NCBI GenBank assembly: GCA_028534125.1
Contig: CM052819.1
Location: 105,958,001-106,022,000 of the forward strand
DNA: 64,000 bases
From: Lama glama
Taxonomy: Eukaryota
Direction of reading: 5' to 3'
Position numbers and translations under genes: made by a program. The notes under the pieces were generated by a model. The model did no database searches, was not told the DNA's origin, and saw only the letters and a list, made by a program, of their open reading frames with translations. Below are positions 11,751-23,549 of this stretch, one piece after another; position 1 is the stretch's first letter, and each line of letters starts with the position of its first letter.

Positions 11751-14207
11751 GCTGCAGTGAGAACATCCACGAAGTCCTTTGGTGCCCCGTGGCTGTCCTC
11801 ACACAGGTTTTAGGTTTGAAAAAGTAAGAAGATTGGCGATTGTGCTCGTTTTAATCGTGTCAGTGTGATTCTGGATTCAGCTCGACCAAGAGAGGAGCTT
11901 TGGGAGACTGAGGACGGAGCAGAGCAGCAGACACCCTGCACCGTCCCCGCTTCTGAGTGGGCTCCCTCCCAGCCGCCAGCCCGCCGACCAGCAGCACCCC
12001 GAGGCTGCAGGTCCAGACTTCCCCGCCCACCCCCTTGGCAGTCCCCCAGGCCACTGCTTCAGGAGGCGGGGCGGCTGCTGTCATCTTCCTCCAGCCCCAT
12101 CAGGCCCCTGGCTGCTCTGGCTTCTCAGCTGTGTGATGTGTACCCAGATGATTAAATTACTGAGTCCTTTTTTTTCATAATATTCATGGTGGTTCTCCTG
12201 CTGATTGACCCACTGTGATCGGTGACTTATTCATGCTTCTTAGAACTCCATTGACTTTAAAGAAAGCAAGCACTTTTAGTACTTTGTGTCTCTGCCACGC
12301 AAGGGTATATGCACCTTTTTTAAAAAAAGGCTGTCTTCACAACACTTATCCTACATACTCTTCTGCAGGATTTTCCACGGGAATGTCCTGTCTGGTTTTC
12401 TAGCATGGCATATAACTTAACCATTTTTTGTCTCCTGTGTTCCTGGGTGCAGCCTCAGGGCATGGTCGTGGCAAGAAGGATCTGTTGAGTTGAATAAAAT
12501 TAAACAGTGCAAACAAACCTCACAATTATGCGTATTTTAGGGTGGAGGTGTCACAAAAACTCAGTCCAGCTAGGTCTTTTTAAATACCATGGTGATTTAT
12601 TGAAAACAACATGGTACTTTTAGACAGTTTCAAAGAGTGATGGATTTGTACAAATCCTCATGAGGTTTCCTCCTCTGGTCCAAGTAGCTGCCCTCTCCTC
12701 TGTGATCAAACCATACCCTGACCCCCCAAAGCCAGTCAGGTGTCAGAGGGTGTGGCTCCCATGCCTACTAAAGGAAAACGCCACTGTTCACTTACAGGAA
12801 GTGTGGGTGAGGACAAGCATTATCATCATGACACTCAGGTAACAGCCTGTCGGTTGCTGGTTATTTTCTGAACTGTATCTATGTCTGTGTCACTGATATC
12901 TTTCTAGACATCACTTTCTTGTGTGTTCTTCAATTATTTTCAGCAATGTGGTGCACAGCTTGTACCAGGATTACTTTCAAGTGGCAAAAACCCAAAATAT
13001 GAGTTGTCAACATGTTGGAAGTCTCCTCGGTATGGTTGGTGGGGCCTCCAGGGAACCAGGAGTCTTCCTCCTCCTGGTCGTCACTTGTTCCCTATCTGCG
13101 ATTCAAGTGTGTTTCTGTTTGCTAAAGCTGGCAACCCTCAGCTCTGGTCAGTCAGTTCTCATGTCCCAAGGGTTCTGAGTAGCAGGTGTGTGATACCAAA
13201 AGGCTTCACACACAGGAGAGGCCAGCAAGTTCAGAATAAAACTAGTATCTTCTAAATCTTTGGGAACCAAAGTCCTGAAGTATAAAAATGATCTCCTGTT
13301 TCACCATAGAGCGATATTAGTACGTGCTTCCCCAGCTGCACTGCTAGGCTGGCACCGCCCCGTGTGCCTGGGACTGAGGGTTCCTGGGATGTGGGACTTC
13401 CAGTGCTGAAACTGGGACCCAGGGCACCAAGAACAGGATAAAGAGGGCCTGTCTCCTCCTGAATCGTGAATTTGACCCAAGATCCTGGGAGTTAGGTTCA
13501 TGTAACATTTTAAAAACCTGAATACCAACAGGTCTGTTACTCCAAATGCACAATTTGCATACACTTCTAAGAAAAAAGTCTACCTTAAGGACATTCCCTG
13601 CTCCTCTTCTATCGGGTGTTGTAGGTGGACGTTCAGGCAGCTTTGAATGTTCCCAAGTAAACACAGAGCTGCTCTCCAAACTCAAGGCACCTGACAGGGC
13701 CCTCTCCTCGCAAGGGCAGGGGCTGCTCTGCTGGGTACACTCACCCCTCCCTCCGTCCCTGCACTGTCACCTGCCTGCTGCTGCTGGAAATGGATCAAGT
13801 GCTCCATGTCCCCACTGCCCTTGACCTTCCAGCTTGCGCTCACCTTGCCTGATGCACTAACTAAAACAGCTGTCATTTTAACCCAGGTTTTGTCACAGTG
13901 CAGGATGTGGAAAGTTCTCAAATTAGTGTCAACTCACCTCCATTTCAGAACAGGTGAGGGAGTAGGTTGTCAACTGCACAAAGGAAAATGGTCTTAAGAT
14001 TCAAACACCAGAAATGTTAAGTCCAGAGTAACATCGACTCTCCACACAGGACGCACATAAGAGGAAAGGGGAGAGCCTGTGAGGGTGGGAGGGTGGCCTG
14101 GGCAGAAAACACCGCCCACCGGGAAGGTCTGCAGGTGTGCAGGGGCCTCACCGGATGGTCACCACAAACACTGACTGCGACATGATGCCCAACCTCCAGA
14201 TGCAGCA

Positions 14208-14213
14208 TTTAAT
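14208..14213 (-). terminator. Probable distal SUMO3 polyadenylation signal (ATTAAA); 3'UTR about 14190-15482
   Basis: ATTAAA 1.27 kb after the stop codon, followed by GU-rich gtcagtgtttgtggt. A proximal AATAAA lies at 14931-14936. Confidence 0.6.
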
Positions 14214-15482
14214 CCAAGCCCAGAGACAGAATACCAAACTATATTTACTGTTTACAGTAGTAAAGGACAACAAAGAATGTACAAGCTGGTGCATAAACAC
14301 AACAGAGCCAGCAGACATCCCACGGGTGCCCCGACAGCAGAATACAAAGGAGACACAAACATCTTCAGCAAGGTCTCAGGCAAGCAAGAGACGACGGTGG
14401 CATCGAGCTCTCCAGGGGGCAGGACAGGCAGAGAAGGGCCCTCGGGCAGCAGTGTGTCCACACAGAAGGACAACAGGACAACTACCAAAGTTTCATCGGG
14501 ACAGACCCCAAAACGCTTCACAGAACTGAAATCACACACTTATGTGGAAGCTCCACACCAACCTGGAGAGCAGGGCAGAGTCCGTGAGGACACAGGTCAT
14601 CTCTCACCAGCTTCGCCTGTAACCACACTTTGAAATTGCTCCTTTACACAAAAATGTAACTGCATATCAGCAATGCTTAATCTGACTTTTTTATAAACAG
14701 ACCGTCGTCATTCATCAGAAGCAAATGCTAGAAGGAATCTGAGGCCCTGATGCTACTTCCAGGTGAGACATGTACGAACTTCTTTCTTCTACAGTAAGAA
14801 AAGGGGAAAAGCCAATTTTCGCTGGACCAGGTTTTTCCAGTGCAGCGTCACTGGGCCAGGCCGTGGGTGGTGACAAGTCCTGGACCCCAGACCCCACCTG
14901 GGGAACATGTTACTGAAGAACTTCTTACCTTTTATTTTAGGAAACATTCCAGGATTTTCCCTTCAACTTCACTATACTCTGACAAAGCTTAAATCTGCAA
15001 TGTTTAGCATTGACAAAACCTGTGCCCACAAGAAATGGAAGTGGGAGTTCATCTCCCATCCCAATTGTGCCCTGCAGACTCGCCCCACAGAAGCATCCCC
15101 ACTGTGGTGACAGGAGTTCTCTACATGATTGGAATAAGCTGGTGGGGGCAACTGGGGTGCGAGCCCCATCTAGATGAAAAGCGGACATTCAGCCACAAGT
15201 TTGAGGGAAATGCTACAGGAAAGAAGAAAAAACAAACGGAAGTAAAATCAAAACCAAAAACCCTCCCAATGCCTTTCACCCCAGCAGAGGGATGAACTGG
15301 GACAGGCGAGTGAGGCCAGGACGTGTCCTCGCCGTTCTGAGCTGCGTCCCTCCGGATGTCAGAGAGGAAAGTCATTTTGGTGAATGTCCTCAAGTGTCCA
15401 CAGCCTCCTTGGCGATTGGCATGGTCACGCGTTCACTATCCAATGGCAAAGATGAGCTCAGTGACACAAGGGGACGGTCCCT

Positions 15483-15575
15483 CTACAGGCCGAACTTGGA
15501 GAGGCAGCCGGTCCCCCTGGAGCCCCCCGTCTGCTGCTGGAACACGTCGATGGTGTCTTCGTCCTCCATCTCCAA
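15483..15575 (-). CDS. SUMO3: SUMO3 coding exon 4 ([30 protein letters not shown])
   Basis: Acceptor gccctccag|TTG; QQQTGG di-glycine motif plus a 12-aa propeptide; TAG at 15483-15485. Confidence 0.97.
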
Positions 15576-16990
15576 CTGGAGGGCACAGGGGGAGGCCATT
15601 AGTTACATCACAGGAGCGGAAACGCTCAGCCGAACACGCGAGGTCACTGGACGGCCTCCCTCCCGCCGGGGACACAGCTGGGCGGCACCCAAGCTCTGAC
15701 CGGCCCTCGGGTGGACACGCCGGGGAGAGGCTCAGCAGTGGATTTCCAGTGAGCCCTACTTATGCACCAGGCTCCCCCAGCCAAACTCACAAAAACGGTC
15801 AAAGTCAAGGACTTGACGTGATAGAAAAACTAAGTCTCATTAAAAATAAACTAAAATTTTACCAAAACTTACCCAAAATTAGACCCTGCTGGGAGTGTGC
15901 GATGAGCAGCACTCAGTCCTGGGGACCGGCAGGGGCCACGCACTTTCTAACAGCGTGGCGGGTCGGGCCTGAGATGGCCGAGCCCACCCCATCCCCAAAG
16001 AAGGGGCCCCTCCTGTCTCCGCTCAGAAGACCAGGCAGGGGTGGAGCAGGTTTCCCGCCCACCTCTTTCCGACACGGTGGACCTCTGCCCAGTGTCTGAA
16101 CAAAAGGAAGCTTCTGCAGTCACAGACTCACTAGGGCTGGGAGCAGTAACGTGTCCCGGAAACTTACTCAGAAGCAAAGAGAAGGACCGTCTGCGGGCTG
16201 GGGGCCTGCTGCAGACACCACGCTCACGGTCACAGGCCACAGCTGAGTGAGGGGCTGGAGGCGGAGCCCGGCCCCGAGGCCCTGAGCGCTGAGCTCGTGC
16301 CTTCCCCCATCCCCCCACCCCCCGAGAGCAAGGCCATCGGGGACGCCCACCGCTGACCGCCCTAACAGGAGCAGAAAAAAAGCCTCCGCGTGGCTGCGCT
16401 TTCGCACCACACAGTCCGATCCTCCCAGCTCTGTAGGGGGGAAGACGGGCATCGTCCCTGCTTCACCGGTGCCAGATGCCCGCGGCCAAGGGGCAGGAGC
16501 GGTCCGACCCTCAGTCTCCACCCGCGGCCTCGCCAGGCACTCTCACCGGGCGGAGCTGTGCGAGCCGGCAGGTGCTCCAGGGCTAGCCGCCGGCCCACGA
16601 CGAACCGTGCCCTCCCCACCCCTCTCCTGCACAGAGGCTGGGGGGCGCGACACTGAGCCAGGAATTCAGCCACAAGCTGCCTGATGCCACAAACCCAGCG
16701 CCCAGACCACAGCGGGAGGGCGGCTGCGCCTGCCCGGCCTCCTGGAGAGGCTCGGGGACGAGCACGCGGTCCTCGTCCCTGACGCCCGGCCACCTCGCCA
16801 AGTACATTTCTTCGGAAAACCCAGCCTTGAAATTAAATAGTTAAATATATATATATGGTAATTAAAACCACTAAGAAAACGTGAGGCGTTCCAAACCGGC
16901 GCTGATCAGCGACTCTCAAACACGAGCATCCCGGGGGCAGCTGCTCAGACGCGAGTCGGAAGCAGCCCGCCAGCGCGTGCGCAGTTGTAC

Positions 16991-17062
16991 CTGTGCCGGG
17001 GTGTCCGTTTCGTTAATTGGTTGTCCATCAAACCTGAATCGAATCTGTCTCATCGACAAGCC
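16991..17062 (-). CDS. SUMO3: SUMO3 coding exon 3 ([24 protein letters not shown])
   Basis: 72 nt, cttctcag|GGC...CAG|gtacaa, phase 0/0. Confidence 0.97.
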
Positions 17063-18151
17063 CTGAGAAGAAAAAGCAGTCGTCGTGAGATACCCCCGGC
17101 TAGCACCTCAATTCAGAACCCAGACGTCTGCATCGGCGCCAGGCGTCTGGGCGCACCGGCGCACCGCCCAGCTGGTCCCAGAGCCGCACCCGGGACCCCA
17201 CGCCGGGCCGCCCCAGCATAGCGTGTCGGGAGCTGCTGCCCTGCTTCTCAGCTCCTGCTGCCCTCACCCCCCTTTCCCCTCCGCGAGCCGAGCCAAGTTT
17301 CTACTCCGCGGCACCATCACTTCCTCCCCCAGAAAAAGTTCTCAGAAGCACGTCCGGTGACCACGGGGCACGCGATGAGAAGCCTGCGTGACCGGGGAGC
17401 CGCCTCTCTGCGTCCTGAGGGCATAGACCATGTGCTCGTGGTCAGGGCGCAGGGCCAGTTCGCCCGCACAGATGGGATTGAAGCTCACATCTCTGCTCCC
17501 CCATGAAACCTTCCAGTACGATATGAAGAAATTAAAACTGCATCAGCAACAAGGACAAAGAGAACAGGATGGGGACAGGCCAGTGGCCAAAGGACATCAC
17601 CTCTGGGCTGCAAGCTGTGGGCACTAGACCCCAAGGTATGGAGGGGGGAGACAAGAGCCCCGAGAAGCCAAGGGGCCGGGCACACAGGCAGGTGAGGCAG
17701 AGGGGCAGCTGACTGGGGATGACCACTCGAAAGTCTGTATCAGACCCCCTAATCTGGGCCTCCAACCCCAAGAGGTCAGGCACTTCCTCCCACCAGCAGA
17801 AAGTGCACTCTCTGGAGAGGTGGACTCAGAGCCCCGGGCTCAGGACAACAGGCAAGGGAGGCAGTGACGCCGTGGAAGAAGCAGATGAGTGGCCGCCAGT
17901 CCCAGCCCTGAGCCCCACCCCTCCTCCCCTTCATGCTCCCAGGGCACAGGCGGGGGTGGGGGGTGGACGAGGGAAGACGACGGGGAGAAGGGGGGCGGTG
18001 CCTTCCGGAACATGTAACCACTCACAGATGGCAACACCTGGGGGCCCCCACAAACCACCAGTGCAGGCAGGTCACCCCACAGCAGCATGCTGGACCTGTC
18101 GACACAGCCAGGCGTGCAGCACAGGGGAAGGGAGGGGTCAGAGGACTCAAG

Positions 18152-18281
18152 AACACACACACACACAGACACGCGCTCTCATTCATACACAGATGCACAT
18201 GCATGCAAGCACGCACGCATGTGTGTTCTAACACAGACATATACTCACAACCACACACAGATACACAGATGAGCACACACC
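18152..18281. repeat. Degenerate (CA)n-rich tract in SUMO3 intron 2
   Basis: acacacacacacagacacgcg...cacacacagatacacag. Confidence 0.7.
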
Positions 18282-18385
18282 TCTGAAGCTCTCAGGGAGA
18301 CAGAAAACAACAGAAAGGTCTGCTGGGGGAAAAGGAGCCTCAGAAAACAAACAGAAAACTTCTGAAAATTAGAAATCATGACATA

Positions 18386-18424
18386 GGGGGAGGGTGTAGC
18401 TCAGTGGTAGAGACCATGCTTAAA
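18386..18424 (+). mobile_element. Head-only fragment of the camelid tRNA-derived SINE
   Basis: GGGGGAGGGTGTAGCTCAGTGGTAGAG (A box) flanked by the direct repeat ATGACATA (18378-18385 and 18425-18432). Confidence 0.7.
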
Positions 18425-19023
18425 ATGACATAAATAAAGCTGCGATCTTCTCTGAGGAGCAACATCTGAAAGGGGGGAAGAAAAGGAAGGACTGGGGCTC
18501 TTTTAGGGTCCTTTTTTTTTTAATAACAACAAAAACCCCAAGGCAAGGACCATCGAAGCCACAAACAGAGACTAAGGTCAAGTATTTGCAGAGCATCCTG
18601 GAGGGGAAGAGGCTGGCCAGGCTGCAGGGCACGGGCCCGCACAGCCACTCCTCACCACGGTACAGGGGACCATCAGAGAGCACAAAGGGACCGAGGGGCC
18701 CGGGGCACAGTGACGCTCAGGACACAACGACCCTCAAAGAGGTCAGTCTGCCTGGTCACCAGGAGAGGGCATGGTCCTCTGCTCCTCACCCTGAAAAGTG
18801 GTAAGTAATGGGCAAGAATCAAGCACTGTCTGGACACCAAACTGTGCCCAGGGTAGCATCTCCACGACACGAAGGAGGGATGGAGCCCACACGCAACCGC
18901 TGCTCTGACTCCAACAGCACCAAGAAGACTGCACCCCCGACCAGGGGCACCGGGGGCCCTGCCCGCTCAACACAGAGCGACCACCAGCCTGGAGGGAGGT
19001 GGCGGGAGAGAGCGCCCCAAGCG

Positions 19024-19113
19024 GTGCACACACGCACTTGCGCACGCACACCAGCATGCGCACACATGTGCACACACCCACATGCACATGCAGGCACACG
19101 CATGCATGCGCAC
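19024..19113. repeat. Alternating purine-pyrimidine (CA/TG/CG) tract abutting the SUMO3 exon 2 donor
   Basis: gtgcacacacgcac...catgcacatgcaggcacacgcatgcatgcgcac. Confidence 0.8.
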
Positions 19114-19242
19114 CTGGCGCTCGCAGTAGGCCTTCATGAGCTTGCTCAGCGGGGTGTGCCTCTTGATCTTGAACTGGACGACGGAGCCGTCCTGCCCGGC
19201 CACCTTCAGGTTGATGTGGTCATTCTCCGTCTTCACCCCCTC
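19114..19242 (-). CDS. SUMO3: SUMO3 coding exon 2 ([43 protein letters not shown])
   Basis: 129 nt, ctctgcag|GAG...CAG|gtgcgc. ENDHIN with a single N distinguishes SUMO3 from SUMO2 (ENNDHIN). Contains the VKTE K11 chain site. Confidence 0.97.
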
Positions 19243-19413
19243 CTGCAGAGAGACACGCATCTGGGCCTCCAGCCAGTCTCCCCACAACCGGCGCCTTGAA
19301 GGCCAGTGTTGGGCGGCTGCAGATCTTTTACTGTCATAAAACCAACCTAATTCTCAGACTTCTCCAGCAGCGCAGCCACATGTGTGACTGTTTTCTTTCT
19401 ACCCAAAACTTAT

Positions 19414-19560
19414 TTTTATTTATTTAAAATTTTTTTTCTTTTTTGGGGGGGAATTAGGTTTATTTACTTGTTTATTTACTTATTATTGGAGGTCCTGGGG
19501 CTTGAACCCAGGACCTCGTGCATGCTAAGTACGTGCTCTCCCCGAGCTCCAGCCACCCCC
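19414..19560 (-). mobile_element. Camelid tRNA-derived SINE (Vic-1-like)
   Basis: Antisense of ..CTTAGCATGCACGAGGTCCTGGGTTCAAG..CCTCC plus AATAAACCTAATT tail; flanks caaaacttat / cagaacttat look like a TSD. Confidence 0.8.
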
Positions 19561-20789
19561 TCAGAACTTATCTAACTTCTACTGTCTATGTCAGGAAACG
19601 TCCTGCAAAGCTAGTTTTCAGACTGTCTGTTCAAGGGGCAGGGGGACCTGCTGAATAGACACAGAAAACAGTGGCGAGAAAAATCCAACTTGTTCTAAGA
19701 TGACTCTTGTGAGACTAGTAACTGCATGGATTCGCGGGTTACTTACACTCACAGAGGCTGGTGAACAAGACAAAACAAGGTAACCGCGGTGCGCAGTCAG
19801 GGGTCCTGCGCCGGCCAGTCCCACCCGAACCAGGTCATCCGCCCTATTCCGTCAAGATATGACGGCTCCGAGCTGTGACCACCACACGTGGGGGGCTCTG
19901 GCCCCTGGAAACTACGGGGAGCTGAGGGAAGAAGCCTGTGTTCGGAGCTGAGGCTGAGAGCCCGGGGCCAGCCTGGCCAGCTGACACCCTTTGGGAGAAG
20001 AGGAGTCTTTTATTTTTGAACAAAATGACGAAGCAGACCCGAGTCAATCTGCAAGTGAAGTTTTTTTGGGGGGCGGGTTTACTGAAACATAGTTTTTTGT
20101 TTTCTTTTTACAATTTATTAATGGAGATCCTGGGATTTACAAAGTTCTACTCCTTTCTGGGGCACAGCGTTATGATTCAGTTACACCTAAACAATGATGC
20201 AAATGAATATATTTGCAAGGAAAGTTCTGAAGGCATTCAAAGCAGGTTTGTTAGTTGCCTCGGCCGACACTCCCTCCCGAGACTCCCGTCCGGTCAGTGC
20301 AGACCCGCAGGGGCTCTCTCTGCCTTCCATGCGGGCCCCTTCCTTTCCTGGCCCCGGGGGCTGCAGAATGGGGACCAGGGATCCGCACCTGCCTGCTTCC
20401 CCGCACGTGCTCCGGCCCCTAGAGACCCTCCGATGGGGCTGGGGCCCCTGTGTGAGCCCCTTTCGTCCCCCAGAGACTAAGTCTGCATTTGCTTTCTTAT
20501 TTTTTCAAATAAAGGTTTGTTTGGGCATTATTTGACATTTCCAGAAAAGCTGCAGTCCAGAGGCAGAAGCTCCTAAACCGCCAGCCGGTCTCCCCGTGCC
20601 AGCACCTTGCAGGCTGCAGCTCACCTCAAGTCCAAGAATCCACCGCGGACACATCACTAGCAACCAAATGCCAAGCGTTCGGGTGTTTCACCAGGTTTTC
20701 CACTAATACCCTTTTTCAGTTCCGGGATCCGACCCATGGTGCCACCTTGCATTTACAGATAAGATTCCTTTTCCATTTCTTCACGGTGT

Positions 20790-22510
20790 TAAAATACACA
20801 TAAAATTTACCATTTCAACCATATTTAAGTTTATGGTCCAGTGGTATAAAATACATTCATAATGTGCAACCATTACCACCATCCATCTCGAGAATTCTTT
20901 TCATCTTGTAAAACTGAAACACTGCCCCATTATACACTAACCCCTCCTTCTCCAGGCCCTGGCAACCCCCGTTCTCCTGTCAGTATGAATCTGGCTCCTC
21001 CTGGGACCTCACATAAGTGGATCACACAGTATTTGTCCTTTTGTGACTGGCTTACGTCACTGAGCGTGACGTCCTCCAGGGTCATTCCCGCTGTAGCTGG
21101 GGCCAGGCCTTCCTTCCTCTTCAAGCCTCACTACTGCTCCGATGTGTGTACACACCGTGTTTTGCTCATCCACTCATCCATGGACTGACCAGCGCTTGGG
21201 CTGCTCCACCACTTTAGCAGTCGTGAGTAATGCTGCTGTGATCGTGGGTGTACAAGTACCTCTCTGAGACCCTGCGTTCAATTATTTTGGGTCGATTCCC
21301 AGAAGGAGAGTTGCTGGATCATGTGGTAATTATATTTTTAAGTTTTGGAGGAACTGCCAGACTGTTTTCCACACAGCTGCTACATATGGAGAACCAACAG
21401 GTAACAGGGTAGGTCATGTCTGCGCGAGGATGCCTCACTTCTCAGGGACAGACAGGAGCCGATCTGACTCCTGAAACTCCTGCAGCCATCCTGCCATCAC
21501 CGCCTGACGACAAAGCCATGCACAGAAGACAGCGAGGCATCAACAGACAGGCTTCCTGAGCCAGCAATTCCTCCAGCATTTCCACTTCACATCCTCCCTG
21601 ACACCTGCTGTTCCTGTTTTGTTTTTGCTTTGTTTTTCTCAGAGCAGCAATCCTAGTGGATGTGAGGCAGTCTCTTGCTGTCATTTCAATTTGCAGTTCC
21701 CTGGTTAGTGGTGTTGAGCATCCTTCCATGTGCTTATTGGCCATTTGTGGATCTTCTTTGCAGAAATGTCTACTCAAGCTCTTTGCTCATTTTTTGATCA
21801 GGTTGCTTGTTTTCTTGTTGCCGAGCTGTAGGAGTTCTCCATATATTCTGGGTATTGAACCCTATCAGATATACGATGAGAAAGGAAAATCAAAATGGGG
21901 TCGGTGCTGCTCAGAGAGTATCTCAAACGGAGCCATGAGGCCACTGAGGACGGGGATGGAATCTGACTCTGTGACTCCATCCTGTCCTGACGATGGCGTC
22001 CATGACACCTGCCACACACTCAGGACACCTATGGGACAGCCACTCCTGAAGGACAAACACTTCCTTCTGTGTCAGAGCACAGCCTTTTGGCTTTTCTTTC
22101 ATAAGCCCCTGACTCTTTCTTTTCCCCAGAAAGCTCTTTTGGTTTTACCCAAATCTGTGTCTCCCAAACTGCAATTCTTAGGACCCCAAATAAATTCTTC
22201 TTTTATTTGCTGCCGTCTGGTTTTTTTTTTCCGGTTGATAGCAATTTGCATATATCCTCTCCCCTTCTATGAGCTGCCTTTTTACTCTATTCATAGTGTC
22301 TTCCAATGTACAAAATTTTTTAATTTTTATGAAGTCTGGTTTCTCTATTTTTATTTCTTGTTACCTGTGCCTTTGGTGTCATATCCATGAAATCACTGCC
22401 AAGTCCAATGTCGTGGAGTTTTTGTCCTATGGTTTCTCCTGAAAGTTTCATTGTTTTGGATCTTACATTTAGGTCCTTGATCCATCTTGAGTTAATCTTT
22501 GCATATGGCA
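20790..22510 (-). mobile_element. L1 (L1MB-like) ORF2 C-terminus plus 3'UTR, interrupted by a solo LTR
   Basis: ORF 22320..22511 ([48 protein letters not shown]) is L1 ORF2; ORF 20930..21124 (LEDVTLSDVSQSQKDKY) matches the L1 3' region. Confidence 0.85.
21877..22240 (+). mobile_element. Solo LTR (ERV1-like) inserted in L1
   Basis: Splits the L1 phrase cctatcagatatacga|...|tttgcatatat. Starts TGAGAAAGGAAAA, has AATAAA at 22189-22194 and ends GTTGATA (degenerate ...CA). Confidence 0.65.
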
Positions 22511-23549
22511 TTAATTAGGGTCCATGTGGAGAGAGGATGCATTTGCTTTTCTAGTGAAAAGATACAGGGGTGTCTAGAACAAAGCAATGCAGGGACCAGA
22601 ACACAAAGCAAACAAACAGGGCAGCGGCTGCAGACCAGGCAGAGAAAAGCACCGAGAACAAACGGCAGGCCCCGGGTGAGTTCTTAGTAAACAAGTGAAC
22701 GCGTGAGTGAAAAAGAAAAGAAAGAGAAGAGAAACCCTAAAAACCACCACCACAGTTCTCAACAGTCAGTCCCCTTCGAGGCGGAACTGGTTCCCCAACT
22801 GACCCACAAGGCTTCCTTTCCACAGCGATGGCCCGGGAGTGGGCCTCCCACCCCCTCCGCCGCAGGCCTGGAGGAGAGCGTGGCTGCAGGAGCCTGAGCC
22901 CCAACCCCGGAGGCGCCGAGGGCGCGGCGGGCAAGGGTGGGGCGTGCGGCGCAGCCATCCAGTCGTTTTGGAAGTAGTTAAAACAAGTTTATTCAGCCCA
23001 ACCGGGCCATGGACCTCGACCACGTGAAAGAGGTAAGTTTAAACACCCTGGAGGAATGAGTAGTCTGTGTATTCCACTGCATTTAACCTGCAGTAAGAGG
23101 AGGCCACCTAGAAGACAGAAAGAAGGCATTTACACTTGGCCTCGGACAAAGGACCCAGAGGAGAGCAGCTTAAAACGAAAGCAGCTCCGACTGCTTCTGC
23201 AGACCCGAGGCTCCCGGAGGGCGACCTTCTCACACCACGGCAGGGGAGGGCAGGCTTCCTCCGAGCCCCCACCATGGCCCCCCGACCCGGGGCTCCCGGC
23301 AGGCCCACCCCAGCCCCAGCTCTGCCTCCCGTGTGTGCTGTGCTCCAGTCTCAGCTGCGGGGTGGGACAACCTCCAGCAGCAGCTGGTATCGGAGGAAGC
23401 CTGCACGCAAAGCATTCAACTCGGAGCAGATCTTACACTTGAAAAACACAGACCCCAAGAGTGCAGACGAAAAGCTCCAGAAACTTGCTTTTAATGACAG
23501 CAGAGAGCACACCCGCGGGCCTTCCCAAGGACTGCAGGCCAGCGCACCA

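Noticed and set aside
15356-16099. 247-aa plus-strand ORF antisense to SUMO3 exon 4
   Set aside because: No recognisable domain, and it spans UTR, exon and intron sequence with low-complexity composition.
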